Origin: the human T2T-CHM13v2.0 reference genome, Homo sapiens
Assembly: GCF_009914755.1 (NCBI RefSeq)
Contig: NC_060929.1
Length of the DNA: 64,000 nt
Reading direction: 5' to 3' (one strand)
In this document: in pieces, positions 31,441-46,790 of the stretch
How the letters are laid out: every line of letters begins with the position of its first letter
Position numbering within the stretch: the stretch's first letter is position 1
Made by a program: the position numbers and the translations under genes
Notes under the pieces: model-generated
What the model was told of the DNA's origin: nothing
What the model saw: the letters and a program-made list of their open reading frames with translations, nothing else
Databases searched by the model: none

Positions 31441-32748
31441 ACACACATTTCCACTTCAATGTTAATGTATGTGGAGGTTTCTTGACTTGACCAAGGCTGT
31501 CTGGCTGGCTGGAGGCAAAGGCTGTAGTAGGGTCCAGACCCCTTGATACATATTTACTAACTGCTACTATATGTCAGGTGCTGCCAGTGGTCCTCTGGAT
31601 GCTAAGATGATTTTTCTGGACATTTGATAAAGATGATTTGTTTATGTATGTGTTTTTCTTCCTGCTACTATGAGCTACTAGAGGTTAGGAATAGTTTATT
31701 TGTCATCTCGTATCACCAGAACTTAGCACAAGGCCTGGCAAGTGGTCGGAACTTACTAGATATTTGCAGCATTCATGACAAACTGAAATGAATAGATGAA
31801 CAGAACAGAAAAGAATGTTCAAATGTTAGAGGGAGGAAGATTAGTCTCAGTGCAGTATTTTGCAACTGCAATCTCTTTTTTTTCCATTTATTACTACCAT
31901 TTCACACTACGTTAAAACTCAATGTTTTTATTCCCTCTTAATAACTCCCAAATTTACTACTTTTTGAAATGTACAGTTTTTAAGTTAGAAAGCAGTGCAA
32001 TGTAGGTGTGATTTGTACTATGTATGAAACATTATAACTCACAAATTTTACATTATTGAACGCTTAAAATTTAGGGGTACTAGTCTAAATAGACACCCTC
32101 AGAAAAACTGAGCAGTCAGTGAAATCTTTTAATGCCAGAAAGTCATAAGCATATAATCTCAGTGATCAAAAGTGTAGCTGAAAGAGGGCACAGAATTTTC
32201 AGCATGGAAAGAGAAAAAAGGGAGTGATATTTTAGGCAGAAGGTAAAGGTTAGCAAAGGAAAAACAAAACCTTTGTAGGAAAGAGCACAGGGAAATTTGT
32301 GAATGTGAGTCAGATACTATAAATCTGAATTAAGCATGCTTTCAAATTCTTGGGCAAAGTTCATCATTTTCCCCCATTCTTGGATGCTAGTCTACTGCTC
32401 CACTATTCTCCTGGGCTTTTACATTGGTCTTATTCTGGGCCAACATTTGCCTGAGGGAATTCATGGAAAATCAGGGTGATTCTGGGGCCAATCAGATGAT
32501 TCAGGCTTCCTCAGGACAGATCAAGGATTTGGTGTTTGTAAGGATTCTTCCGCCAAACCTCTATTGGAACCCGGACAGGGCATGCATCATGAGTTGGCCT
32601 AGAATGGGACTGAGATGGGGAAGTCTGGCACACGTTAGCTGTAAAACACTCCCTGAGATCCTCAATCCAGCAGAGATGTGAAGTGAAATACTAAAGAGAG
32701 AACATTTAATATATAATAATTGAAATGCATGATAGGATATGCAGTTAA

Positions 32749-33072
<324 letters not shown>

Positions 33073-33599
33073 TATCCTAATAATCTTTATAATGCAAGTT
33101 AAGAAAAGAAAGGCTGGAATGCAAAGAATCAAGTTGTAGGTTGTTTTGAAGAATGGGCAATGTTAGTGATTTCTTAAATGAGGAAGGAAAAGACAAGACA
33201 GAACTATAAATTAAACAAAGGTTGAGAGAGGAAAGGAGTAAATTAATATAAGATCAGAGAACAGGTTTTTTGAAAGTATAAAATGTATAATAATTGTAAC
33301 TTCACATACTAAACATTTTAGACTATGGCATTTTACTTGCAAATGGGTTGGTTACAGGGACAAAAAGGCTGTATCTTGAGGCACTGATGCTTTACAAATA
33401 ACATGTTGGAGCATCTTTCATAAACCATTAATGACTTATTTTAACAAAAGATGTAGATGTTATCCTGGGTCATCAAAATAAGTCAAATCATTATTTTTAT
33501 TTCCTAGTTGTAAATGCCTTTTTATTCAATTTGAGTCTATGCGTGATTAGTCATTTGAAATGCGAGTAGCTTATATCCTACATCTTTGCATTCACCAGT

Positions 33600-34795
33600 C
33601 ACTTCTGAGCTATCTTTTGAGTCACCACATTTCCTCATTTCTACAGGATTTCCCACGATCTCTTCTACTATATCATTTCTTTTCCCATTTATTTTCTGGA
33701 TTCCAGCCTACCCCTTCATCCATTTCTCTCCCATCTTTCCCTTCCTAGCAAATGTCACAATGTACTTGTTCAAGCTGAAAACTCAGAAATCACCCTTGAT
33801 TCCGTAATTTCTTGACTCACCTATCGTTATTCTTTCTATTTGGTCTTCTGTGTTTTGTCTGTTTGTTTTTGGACTCCCACCTTCCAGTCAATCTTCCTTC
33901 ATACTTCTGGCAGGGTCTAATTAAAATGCACATCTAATTGGATGGCTGTTCTCCTTGAAAACCCTCCACCTGCCTCTAGGCTCATTTCCTCTTTTCTCCA
34001 GCCTACTGTGTGTATTAGCTTGTTCTCACACTGCTAATAAAGACATACCAAGACTGAGTAATTTATAAAGAAAAATAGGTTTAATGGCTTCACAGTTTCA
34101 CATGGCTGGGGAGGCCTCAGAATCATGGCAGAAGGCAGAGGAGAAGCAAAGGCATGTCCTACATGGCGGCAGGCAAGAGAGCTTGTGCGGGGGAACCCCC
34201 ATTTATAAAACCATCACATCTCATAAGACTTATTCACTATCATGAGACCAGCATGGGAATGATCCATCCCCAAGATTTAATTACTTCCCACTGGGTCCCT
34301 CCCATGACATGTGGGGACTGTAACAATTCAAGGTGAGATTTGGGTCAGGATACAGCCAAACTATATCGCTGGGTTTTGGCCAAGGGGGAAATTTCATGTC
34401 ATTTGGCAAGTCAGCTCAATCCTTTAGAAACACTGCTTTGATATACGCCATTCCATCCTTCCTAGAATATCCTTATTTACTCCTCCTCTCAGTTACACAA
34501 ACCTTAATTGTCCTAGGACACCCTATTACCTAATGCCCTCACTTACTTGGTGAAGCTTTTTCCTAACGCTTGTAGAAGGCACTCAGGAACTCCCTTTTCT
34601 GTACCTGTACAGTCCTTGACCTCTTTTTTATATGTGGTATGTTATACTGTAATTTATTTTTTAACATGTCTGCTTCACCACCAGGTAGTGAGTTCTGTGA
34701 AAAATGGGCATCTCTGGTCCCTAACACAGGGCTTGGGTAATATGTGTGGACTCAACCAAGATTCTCAGTTATGGTTCACTGGATAAATGAATAAG
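33600..34795 (+). mobile_element. Degraded L2 interrupted by THE1 LTR
   Basis: L2-like pyrimidine-rich text both sides of the LTR, ending ggataaatgaataa. Confidence 0.55.
34011..34368 (-). mobile_element. THE1 (MaLR) solo LTR, THE1C/D-like
   Basis: tgtattag...ctgctaataaagacatacc...catggctggggaggcctcagaatcatggcagaagg...cagccaaactatatc; 358 bp; degenerate 5-bp TSD ctgtg/ctggg. Confidence 0.9.
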
Positions 34796-37391
34796 CAAAC
34801 AAACTTGACAGTCATACTTTCTAACAGTGACAGACACTAATTCAAATGAGTTGGGTGGTCTTGTAGAGTGACAGTACTATTTATTTGTTTTAATAAGATT
34901 ATTACCTCAAAATGTAAGGAGTACAAGTTCTGGTAGGTTAAAGCAATATCTGGAATGACTTCAAGATTGCGGCACAGGACATCCCTGTGGGAGCTGAGGG
35001 AATGGAGGAGGTGACACAGACTATTGTAACTGGTTCACAAATGGTGGGATTTCTCTGTGTTTAGACCTGCTCAGAGTCTGGGGCATGATGGGCTTCCAAG
35101 CCATCTGTGGCTGCTGCTGCTCTGTTACTGCCAGGAAGACACAAACATGTTGAGAACAAAACTTACTGCAATAGACACCTTTGTGCATTCTCTTCTCTAT
35201 TTCTACGTCTCCCCTCCGAAACAAGGCATTACCCTTGATGTACTTTACAGAATATCTGTCAGTTGGGATCTCCAGTTTATTACCAGCTTATCAGAAAAGC
35301 AGAGTATACACAGAACTTTCCATAAGGCATTGCAAAATAAAGTCTTGAGGTTGGCAACTGATTGACTTATGTCATGACTATTTTAATCATACCTGAGAAC
35401 TTAAGATATCAAATTCCTCATTTCTGAGACAGTCAGGAACTCCCAAGATAAAGATTGAGCTGTTTCCTTTAATTCCTTGTCTCCCAACCTAAAGTGGTGG
35501 AATTTACGTTCAGTTGACAGCCAGGCTTAAGAGAGGTAAAGACATCTAATGGGCTTGACCCTGGCCCACTTTTCTCCTGGGCTGGCCCTTGTCCTGATGG
35601 GGAACATTCTCTATGTTGTGGTTGTCATGTCTTAAGTCACAGGACCAACATCACCAATAACAGTTTTCAATTTGGGACAGCACCAAAAATACTGCAAGTT
35701 ATTTCTATTCTTCAATTTCTTAAATAGCAGGCAGAGAGATTTTTCAAGGACCAATTCTGGATTGTGAACACAGATTTCATTTATGGTATCCTCAACTTCT
35801 TCCCACATAATACGTGACATTCAAATCTTTTTAAAATTGATTTCTCCCTCTTCCTAATAAACCAGCCTGCTCTTCAAGGAGTGGCTATAAGTCATTCACT
35901 CTTGAAAATTTTCACTTTGGTTTTGGTTATTCTATAGTGATCTGACAGCAATGAGCAGGGAGGGTCTCTTATAGTCTATCTCCCCAGTTAATATGCCCTG
36001 TGAAGAACAAACACACTTAGATGCTAATTGAGGGTTTTGCCTGAGCTTGTGATATGCCATCCCAGAGACTGCCATTGACAACTGTTAACACATACTGCTC
36101 AATACCCATATTGTTCTGATTAGAGAAAAGTGAAGTATCAGGAGTGCAGAGCGTCACTGGGATTGTGGGAACACAATACGTAAGTCACAGCCGCCTGTGG
36201 CTGCCTGGGGAGAGAAGAGTTTCAGTGTGTTAGAACGAAGTTCTATGAGAGCAGAATCTTTGTCTTTTTCACCTCTGTATCCACAGCATCTTGAATGTTC
36301 CCAGCACATGGATGACACTCAATAAATGTTGTTATTGTCGATGAAAGAATAATGGAATTCAAGGCTGTAGCAACAGAAGTTCTTATTTAAAATGGAATTA
36401 CAATGAAATCTAAAAACACATAGAGGGCACTTATTAGGTTTGTATACATACTGTACATATACACTGATTCTACCCTTAGCAACATCTGCCCCTCAACCCC
36501 ACCATCCCCCATCCTCGTACATAAACTTAAATTATAAAAGGAAAAAATCACGTGGAAGAGAGAGTTAATAGAATTAATGTCTCTTTTATTCTTCCTTAGA
36601 ACTATATAATGAACAGTTATTTCATATTGTTGCTATCTGTTTTCTGCTTTTATATCATTTTCTAGATTATAAGATTCTTGCAGACAGGAAGTCTCCTGAC
36701 GACTTTCCATCCTTGGCAACTAGTAGGATATCTGACAGTAGAATGTTGCTACAAATTGGTTAACTTTTCTGGATAGGTGTCCTACAGGGGACTAATGGTA
36801 AGGACAGCCTGATGATATACAATGGAGAGGCTCAGGCAGACTAAGCAAAAGCTAGTGGCTAGGAATCCAAATGTTCCCCCTTGAAAACCAAACCTCTCTC
36901 GCTTTTTAGTCAGGTTTGCCAGGTCTGTAAAAGGTGAGCAGTCTTGGTCTCTAGTCTTACTTGTATATTACTTCTCCCTTTCCATGTAAAATCTCTCCTG
37001 GGACTTGGCTAATGCAATATTAGTGTTTTCACTGTATTGGTTCATATACTGGCAAACCTTCTGCTTAACAGAGGCAGTGAAAGGTATAATGGGTAGATGG
37101 TTGCTGGTCAGGGGACAGTTGCTGATCCAGGGCCAGTTAAGCCAGCAGACAGACATCCTGGGGTTTCATCAGACTTAGCATAAGGACAGGAAACCAGGAT
37201 GTACTCTCTAGTGAACAAGAGGCAGAAAGGCCGACTGGAAGTCAGAGATCTGGGGAAAAGGCTCCTTGCAGGTTCAACAGTTGACCTGGAGGTAGAAGTT
37301 GTTAGAGTTTCAGGATGTTGTCAAATGGTCAGAGAACAAACCTCTATCTACCAACAACTACATCATGCATTAAGAAAGTCTCACAGACTAA

Positions 37392-37713
<322 letters not shown>

Positions 37714-39329
37714 TAAGTTTCTACCTCTTATCTCTCCTGTCACATTATAGATTACTTGTAGAGATGGAGAGAATTGAATCCATTTATCCTCTGTAGCTGT
37801 TATCTCATTACCACTCACCTAATATGTGAATTTATAATAAGTGGTGGATTTTACGTTCAGTTGACTTGGGTAGGTGTCTGATGAAAGAAAGTTTGATAGG
37901 ACTGTTTGATAAGAGCTTCAGGTGCTTAAAAATAAATGTGCTTCAAAATTCTGAGGCAGTTTCTCAAGGCTTCTGCTGCAAACACACTGACATCATTCCA
38001 GTGGCTTTCTTTATTTAAACTCGTCTTTCCTGCAGTCCTGTCGTAGTTCTGCATGCTGCAATGCCACTGTGTGCCTGCCTCTGTTCCACACAAGGCTGCG
38101 CTCCTTGAGGGCAGGTCTGTGCCTTGTGTCGGGGTATCCTTAGTACCTGGCAGAGTACTGGGCCCTGGGAATTTCATAATTTAATGTAAATTTCAAGTTT
38201 GCTAATTAGAGGGCCTTTATTTGCTTACCTAACAATATAATTATTTCCAGCTAGTACCAGAAAAATAATCAGAGTATTTCTAGGACCGACATCAAAAGTG
38301 CCAGTAGCATTTCAGAGTTAGGGTCCTCTGCTCAACTTTCCACTGGGACTTGCCTGCTAGTTTCCTGGCTCATTTGTTATTGGGGGTTGCTGTGCCTGGA
38401 CTCACATTGCAGTTCCTGCTGTTTTATGGTATTAATGTGAAGGATCCTTTTTCACTAGTGTAGGCAATTATGAATTGAGTGTAATTGCTCGGAGAGGACA
38501 CGAGTCATGAATAAATACAATCTGAAAATTCCTAACATACATTGCATTATGGCAAATAGATCCTTCTTTCTAGGTTAAATACTTACAAATAAAATATAAT
38601 TCATAAGAAATATTTTGCAAAGTGTACTATTACTGATACTGCATGCTAATCAAGGCCTATATAGACTAAGTTACTTTATTATCAGGTTAATTTTTTTCAA
38701 AATTTATGTTTCCAAATTAAATTAATAATTAAAATCAAATTCATCTCAATTTATTTTCCTTATTCTCTGAATGCTATCCATATATGAATCGACAGTCCAG
38801 AATCATGGACCAATTATTACTTCACAAAATCTCATTTCCCATGACTGCATATATTATGCAGATGATAATATTCTTAGGTGTGCATTGTCACCTTGGATTT
38901 CACATGATGCTATAAAAGCTAGAGTGACACTGAGAACTGAAAAATGGAAGGGTATAGAGAGTATTTTTGTGTGTGTGATTTATATACATTTTATTTTTTT
39001 ATCTCATTTTGTTCCATTGACTAGGCCCTCAGTATGACTTAAAGCAGAGATGGGAGCATATTTATCTCATTTATAACTTTAAAAGGAATGAGCCAAATGT
39101 TTCACCATTATACACTTACTATGAACCCTTTTTGTTGATATATTTCATAAACTTAAGGAAATTTCTATTCCTAGTCCATTAAGAATTTTTATTAATAGAA
39201 ACTGAATTTCATCAAATGCCTCTTCTACTTTTATTTTGATGATCCTTTGGTGTTCATAAAATTGTTAAGATAAATTTCATTAATCAATTTGTTAACTGTT
39301 ATGATGAACTTTTCCCCATAATTAAAAAA

Positions 39330-39690
39330 ATTATTAGTAATATTATTTTAAATTGACAAACAATACTTGTATATATTTATATGGTATAATGTGCCATTTT
39401 GTTATGTGTATACAATGTGGCATGATTAAATCTAACTAATTAACATATCTATCACCTCTCTTATTTTTTATGGTGAGACATTTGAAATTTATTCTCTTAG
39501 TTATTTTGAAATATAAATACATTATTATTGACCATAGCCACCCTGCTGTGCAGTAGCTCTCAAAACCTATTCCCTCTGTCTATCTGTACCCTTTGATCAA
39601 CAACTCCTCATTCCCGCCCTCATCAACCTCTTCCAGCCTCTGGTAACCTCAACCCCTTCCGGCCTCCAGTAACCGTCATTCTACTTAGAA
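39330..39690 (-). mobile_element. L1MA-type 3' end fragment
   Basis: aattgacaaa...tatacaatgtgg...taattaacatatctatcacctc...ggtgagacatttgaaattt. Confidence 0.8.
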
Positions 39691-40873
39691 AATGTTTAAA
39701 AATAAGAATACCAAGAATGAGAGACAGAGGTTATAAATAGATAGAAAAATACTGGAAGGGGGAGAGGAAAGAAAGGGAGGGAGGGAGAGAGGGAAGGAAT
39801 GAAAATGAGTGAAAAAGAGAGAATTTGAAGATCGTGTGAAAGACAGGGAGGGGAAAATCAAGTGAACACTTCAAGTGATCCCTTGCTATGTGAACTCATC
39901 TCTCATCATATGGGCTCAGCACTTTATGATCTAACATAAAGCTTTATGACAGGCCATCAGCAATTTTGTTCATCCTGATATCCACACCTGGCAGTGGCTC
40001 GGCACCTGTTGTCTAACTCAACAAGGCCAAGTGCATGCTGCCAGCCCCACGGCGCACTCTGTCCTGTGGCCCCAGACAGCCTTCTCTGAACAGACTCTGT
40101 AGACCTGGCCTCCTGGCTGCCTGATTTTGTAGTCATGATGGCTTCAATAACTTCAGGCATTATCCATGGAAATGTACTGCAAACTTGACTTTTTAAATTA
40201 GGTATTTCAATTTCCATAACTTATGAAATCTCAGTTATTTTGTTAGTTCAGTGATGAGCTTAAGGGTATCATTTGCAAAATCATTTCTTCCAGATTCTTC
40301 ATTAGGTAATTATAAAAACAACATTTCCTCTTCTATGGCATGAAGAGGAAATTAAACCAGTCTTCCATCACTATCAAAATATTAATTTTCTTAATATTTT
40401 AATTGAATCCATTCCTCAGCAATAACACCTACCATTTACCAAGCATGTACATGTGCCAGGGACTGAGCCCGTGGCTTTGCATGGGTCTTTTTTTAATCCT
40501 CACAAGCTACTCTTCCACAATGACTGCCAATCTACAGAAGAAAAAAAGAGGCACACAGTGGCCCAAGAACTTGCTGAAGTTTACAAAGTTAGTGAGTGGT
40601 GGAACCAAGTCTATGAACCCATGAATGAGCTCCAGAATTTTCTCTCTTAGCTATCAAATTATTCTGCGTCTGCAAGGTTGTTTAACAATAAGGATTGCCT
40701 AAACCATGCCTGTGTATCTGTGTATCCTTTGAACACTTACTCTCAGCTGAAATTGGTGAAATGACTGACAAATCTTATTTTTTCATAAAGGGATGTGTTT
40801 GTAACGGAATTCATTTTCTGATAAAAAATATTATCTAAAATGTTTTTCCTACTATTTTGCTATAATATCAACT

Positions 40874-40959
40874 GAATAGATGGGAAGGCCCTTCACCAAT
40901 ATGTAGGTACTATCTAGAATAGATGGGAAAGCCCTTCACCAATATGTAGGTACTATCTA
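40874..40959. repeat. 43-bp tandem duplication (2 copies, 1 mismatch)
   Basis: gaatagatgggaa(g/a)gcccttcaccaatatgtaggtactatcta at 40874-40916 and 40917-40959. Confidence 0.97.
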
Positions 40960-41022
40960 TCTAGTTAAAATGAAGTGTAGGTTGTTGAAGCCCCAAGGAA
41001 AAGAAAGGGTGCTAAATTTTTC

Positions 41023-41335
41023 TTTTCTTTTTTTTTTTTTTTTTTTTTTTTGAGATGGAGTCTCCCTTTGTCACCCAGGCTGGAGTGCTGTGGCACAATC
41101 TTGGCTCACTGCAAGCTCCGCCTCCCAGGTTCACGCCATTCTCCCACCTCAGCCTCCTGAGTAGCTGGGACTACAGATGCCCGCCACCACGCCCGGCTAA
41201 TTTTGTTTTTGTATTTTTAGTAGAGACGGGGTTTCACCGTGTTAGCCAGGATGGTCTCGATCTCTTGACCTTGTGATCCACCCGCCTCAGCCTCTCAAAG
41301 TGCTGGGATTACAAGCGTGAGCCACCACGCCCGGC
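41023..41335 (-). mobile_element. AluY-type
   Basis: gcaagctccgcctcccaggttcacgccattctcc; gttagccaggatggtctcgatc; TSD tgctaaat(t/g)tttc. Confidence 0.92.
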
Positions 41336-41874
41336 TGCTAAATGTTTCAACTCCTAACATTCCTAAGCCTAGGAAGGAAGTCCTTCCCAATAATATACAG
41401 ACTGTACCTATCTGCATAAAATGAAGCACAGGTTTATTACAATGATTAGAGTAATACTAGCAAGAACCTCAAGTCTCTGTGACTAACAAAAAGGTCCACT
41501 TTATTATTTTGGCACCTATATTCTTCAGATGCAGAAGCCAACCACTTGCCTCTTCTCTTCAATTTGCTTGAGCAGATGGGGGATGCAAAGGCTGGTAACT
41601 ACAAGACTACATTTTCTCTTGGGTTGAGGGAATAGATTGGGGAAAAGAGAAAAATGTATGCTTTTATGGAGAAACTATTGTTTCTCCCTGGGCAAAGCGA
41701 GGGATCATCGAGAAATCTTGTATGCTGTATAAAAATTATTTTCAAAATCATGGGTATATAATCTCTTCCCTTTCCTGTTTGTTGAAAAACATGCACATAA
41801 CACCAAGTTACTTTATAGGCCAGATGAGAGGAAAAATAAAATAAATGACTTAAACTTCCCAATTTTTTCAACAG

Positions 41875-42218
41875 TTACAAGGAAGACACAGTAAGATGTG
41901 ATCTTCTAAAGTGAAAATTTCCCAAAGTACCAAGGAAAAGGAGAAACTGCAGAAGAGCTTCAAGAACCACAAACACTTGGGTTTTGCATCTTGCCAGAAA
42001 ATCTGCACTGTTGGTAGAAGCCTGGGGTAGGGCTGGCAGGACCTGACTCAGCGGAGAAAATGCCACCCACAGTCACTGACTCTGCTTCCGCAGTAGCGGA
42101 GCTCCCCTGTTTTCTCTGGAGGTTTCCCACAGCCGGGCCAATACCCATGTCTCTCAGATGGGAAACTGGACTTTTGGAAAATTGAAACTAAATAAAGTTG
42201 TATAACTTTTAAAAGAAG
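41875..42218 (+). ncRNA. Candidate terminal exon of an antisense lncRNA (possibly MEF2C-AS2)
   Basis: Plus-strand acceptor cttcccaattttttcaacag at 41874 and AATAAA at 42192-42197. Link to MEF2C-AS2 is from memory of an antisense gene over this locus and is unverified; 3' end approximate. Confidence 0.4.
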
Positions 42219-42730
42219 TTTACAATTATGATGCTTTGCTTTTCACATGCGCTTAAAGTCCATTTTCTGTTGAATAAATAATATTAACCACATATTAACC
42301 ACCTAATAGTTTTAAAATGTCTCAAACAGCCATCACCATCATTCTGAACAGAATCACACTTCTTTTTAAAAGATCACTGTTAAAAGATGAGGGGAAACAG
42401 TACCATTAAAAGGAAGCAAAACATAGTTCAAAGTCTGCTTCCATGAGGTAATGTACACTATCGACTAATTGTCAAAGGAATCCAGTCTATACCGAGATGA
42501 ATGAAGCATGAGGTTAAGGCAGGTGGCTGGGAGAAGTTAGAAACTCTCCCTCCCCGATTGCATTACATTATTGTCGAAGCCAAGCAGATAGATAGAAATC
42601 AATGAAAGTTTTGTTGATCTGACACAGGAACTTGTGCACAGTGAAATGGAAGCTATGTATTTTGTGCTGGAAACTGCCAGTCTCACATTAACTGCATGTA
42701 TATGTGAATATATGTAGGTTTGTGTAGGTT

Positions 42731-42757
42731 TGTGTGTGTGTGTGTGTGTGTGTGTGT
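42731..42757. repeat. (TG)n microsatellite
   Basis: Directly visible. Confidence 0.97.
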
Positions 42758-42965
42758 ACAGCATGAAGCAGAACATCTGAAAGAATCTTCAGAATTATTT
42801 CTCGTTAGATGTACTTTTGGGTAGATTTTATCTTTTTCCCCCAGAAAGTAATATTTCAATATAGAAATTTAGGCCTCAGCAAAGTGAGGTTTTTTTTTTT
42901 TTTTTATGTTACAATGCTTGCAAACTTAATGGTGGTTTCTAATGGAAAACAAATTTCTTCCCCTA

Positions 42966-43315
<350 letters not shown>

Positions 43316-44820
43316 CTACAGTTTTCTTTAATATAAATAAAATCTCTTGTATTTGTACAAACGCAATTGTGGAAAACACTGAAATATTTTCCTATTTATT
43401 TTTATGCTGGTCAGCAAGTGGTTTGATTTCGGTAGCCAGACTCCAGGTGCAGAGTTCAGAACTATAAATTTGTTGTACCTCCTATCAGTTAAAGTTGACT
43501 GAGATGGCCATCCCTCCCCAAATCACAGTTCGTCTTGAAAATCTTCAGAGTGTGAAAAAGGTATGGCTCAGAACAAACACCAGTGGTTAAAAATGATATC
43601 CTTTTCCCAGTAGCGATATACATTGTGGGTATGTGATTAGAATATTTAAAATACCTGTTCACCTGGTATTAAGCCACATGTGTAATACATTAGAGTGTTC
43701 CTGGCTCATTTCCAAGAGTATGTATCCTCACTGCCATGAAAATACTGCGGGAGCCAGGGCAAAGATACTTAAGTTTCACCCTAGAAGCAATGCACAACAT
43801 ATATATTTCACTGTTAACAATATCATCACACTAAGCATTGTTGACTGACTAATACTTCAATGAAATCAATTATTTATTTTTGTGTCAGAAGAGAAACTGG
43901 CAGCATAGGGACACTTGTGTTATCCTTGCTAATTACTTCCATTGTCTTGAAATCTCAATCAACCTACCCCCTTCTCTTTCTCCCTACATCTCTCTCGTTC
44001 TTTCACTTTCTCTCTCATTGTCTAACTCCTCTTCTTGGATACAAAGTAGTTCAAAGGGGACACCAGGAAATAAATTATATCCTAATGCTATCTACCAGAG
44101 TTCACTAAGAGAACTTGGGCAAGCCCCTCTATTTGGCAGAGTTCCACTTTTTTTTTCTTTTAACTCTATTTTGACTGGACTTAATAGAATTACTTTTGAC
44201 TCCTAGTTTTTTTCCTTTTTCTACCCTTTCCCTAGTTTAAAAATCTGTGTAGTGAGGACCTTATTTCTGAAGAATTTCATCACGTTATTACACAAGAAAT
44301 ATACATACATTATATGATAATTTATAAAATGTGACATTTTATTTAAATGTAAGCACCAAATACACTGAAGATTTCAGTGTCCAAAGTATGCGTGTGTATA
44401 TACAAGTGAAAGTTTAAAATTTTTGCCTAAATTTACATATGCAAAAAGGAACAGCAGGAAAATAAATACCAGTTGTATGAGCATCATGTGCTAATGGCTA
44501 TATATGTACATAAGTTAATTCTTACAGGAAGACCAAAAGTGAGTTTTATTATCCCTTTTTTACTGCTTCAGAAGCTGAAGCTTGGTGGAAATTCAGAATG
44601 TTGCCCAAGATCACAGAGTTTATGAAAGTGGCAGAAACCAGGTTTGTCTGACGCTAAAATGTGTGTCTGTCCCTCCTCCAGCACCACACTGTCTTTTTTA
44701 TGAAAGGGCAGGGCTTTTATTATATGGATGTGAAAGTGTAAGGGGAGAGTTTTCATATTTGACAGTATTGTATTCAGAATCCTGACCTGTTTAGGTGATC
44801 ATTAAAAGTGCACATGTCCT

Positions 44821-45271
<451 letters not shown>

Positions 45272-45317
45272 TCAATTTACTGTAAAGAAGCTTATATAGT
45301 TTAAAATAAACCTCCTA

Positions 45318-45661
<344 letters not shown>

Positions 45662-46476
45662 CTATAATTTGCTTTTTTAATACACTGTATGTGATAAATA
45701 GTCCTCAGTCACAGAAATGCATGTGCACCTTATTAGTGCAAACTAAAATTATATGAATATTTCTGAAGCAACTTGTCCTATGAAATAAAAATATAAGTTT
45801 GGTGAAAGCTTTCAGGCTTTTTAGCACACACACATATACATACTTACAAAACGTAAAATATTTTGGCACTTCCACTTTTCACAACTGTTTCTGTCTTTTC
45901 CAGCGGAACCTCTCTCAAGAATTGTCATTATGCTAATTTACTGCTCGAGACCACGGAGTGTCTTTCTGATGCCAATTGTATCACATTTAATTCCACATCA
46001 AATATTTAGAGTGCTTGATTTCCCTGTCTCTTCTTCCCATTTTCATTGCCATCTTTCTTATATCTTTTTATTTATGTGAATATTCTCTTCATATCAAGCT
46101 AATACTTTTCATGCCCTTGTTTCTTTTTTCTTGTGACTCTTTGCATACTTGGTTTTTTGAAAGTTTGCCCACGTTTTTCATCAATTGATATCCATCTTTC
46201 TGAATTTGACTTGTTTGAGCCTAAAAAGGACTACCAATCATGGCTGCCTGTCCTGACCTTTTAAACTTCTTTCTACCACTTATTGCTTGATGACATGGTA
46301 TCAGGAGCGGCACTGCCATCATTGTCGTCGTTATCATTATTGTAAACCTTACCAAGTGTCAGACCCTGTTCTAAGCATTTTATAAATGTTTATCCATTTA
46401 ATTCTCATAACAGCTAAGCAGAAGATAGTATTATTAACCTCTATTTACAGACGATGGGATTAAGAAACAGAGAGTT

Positions 46477-46790
<314 letters not shown>

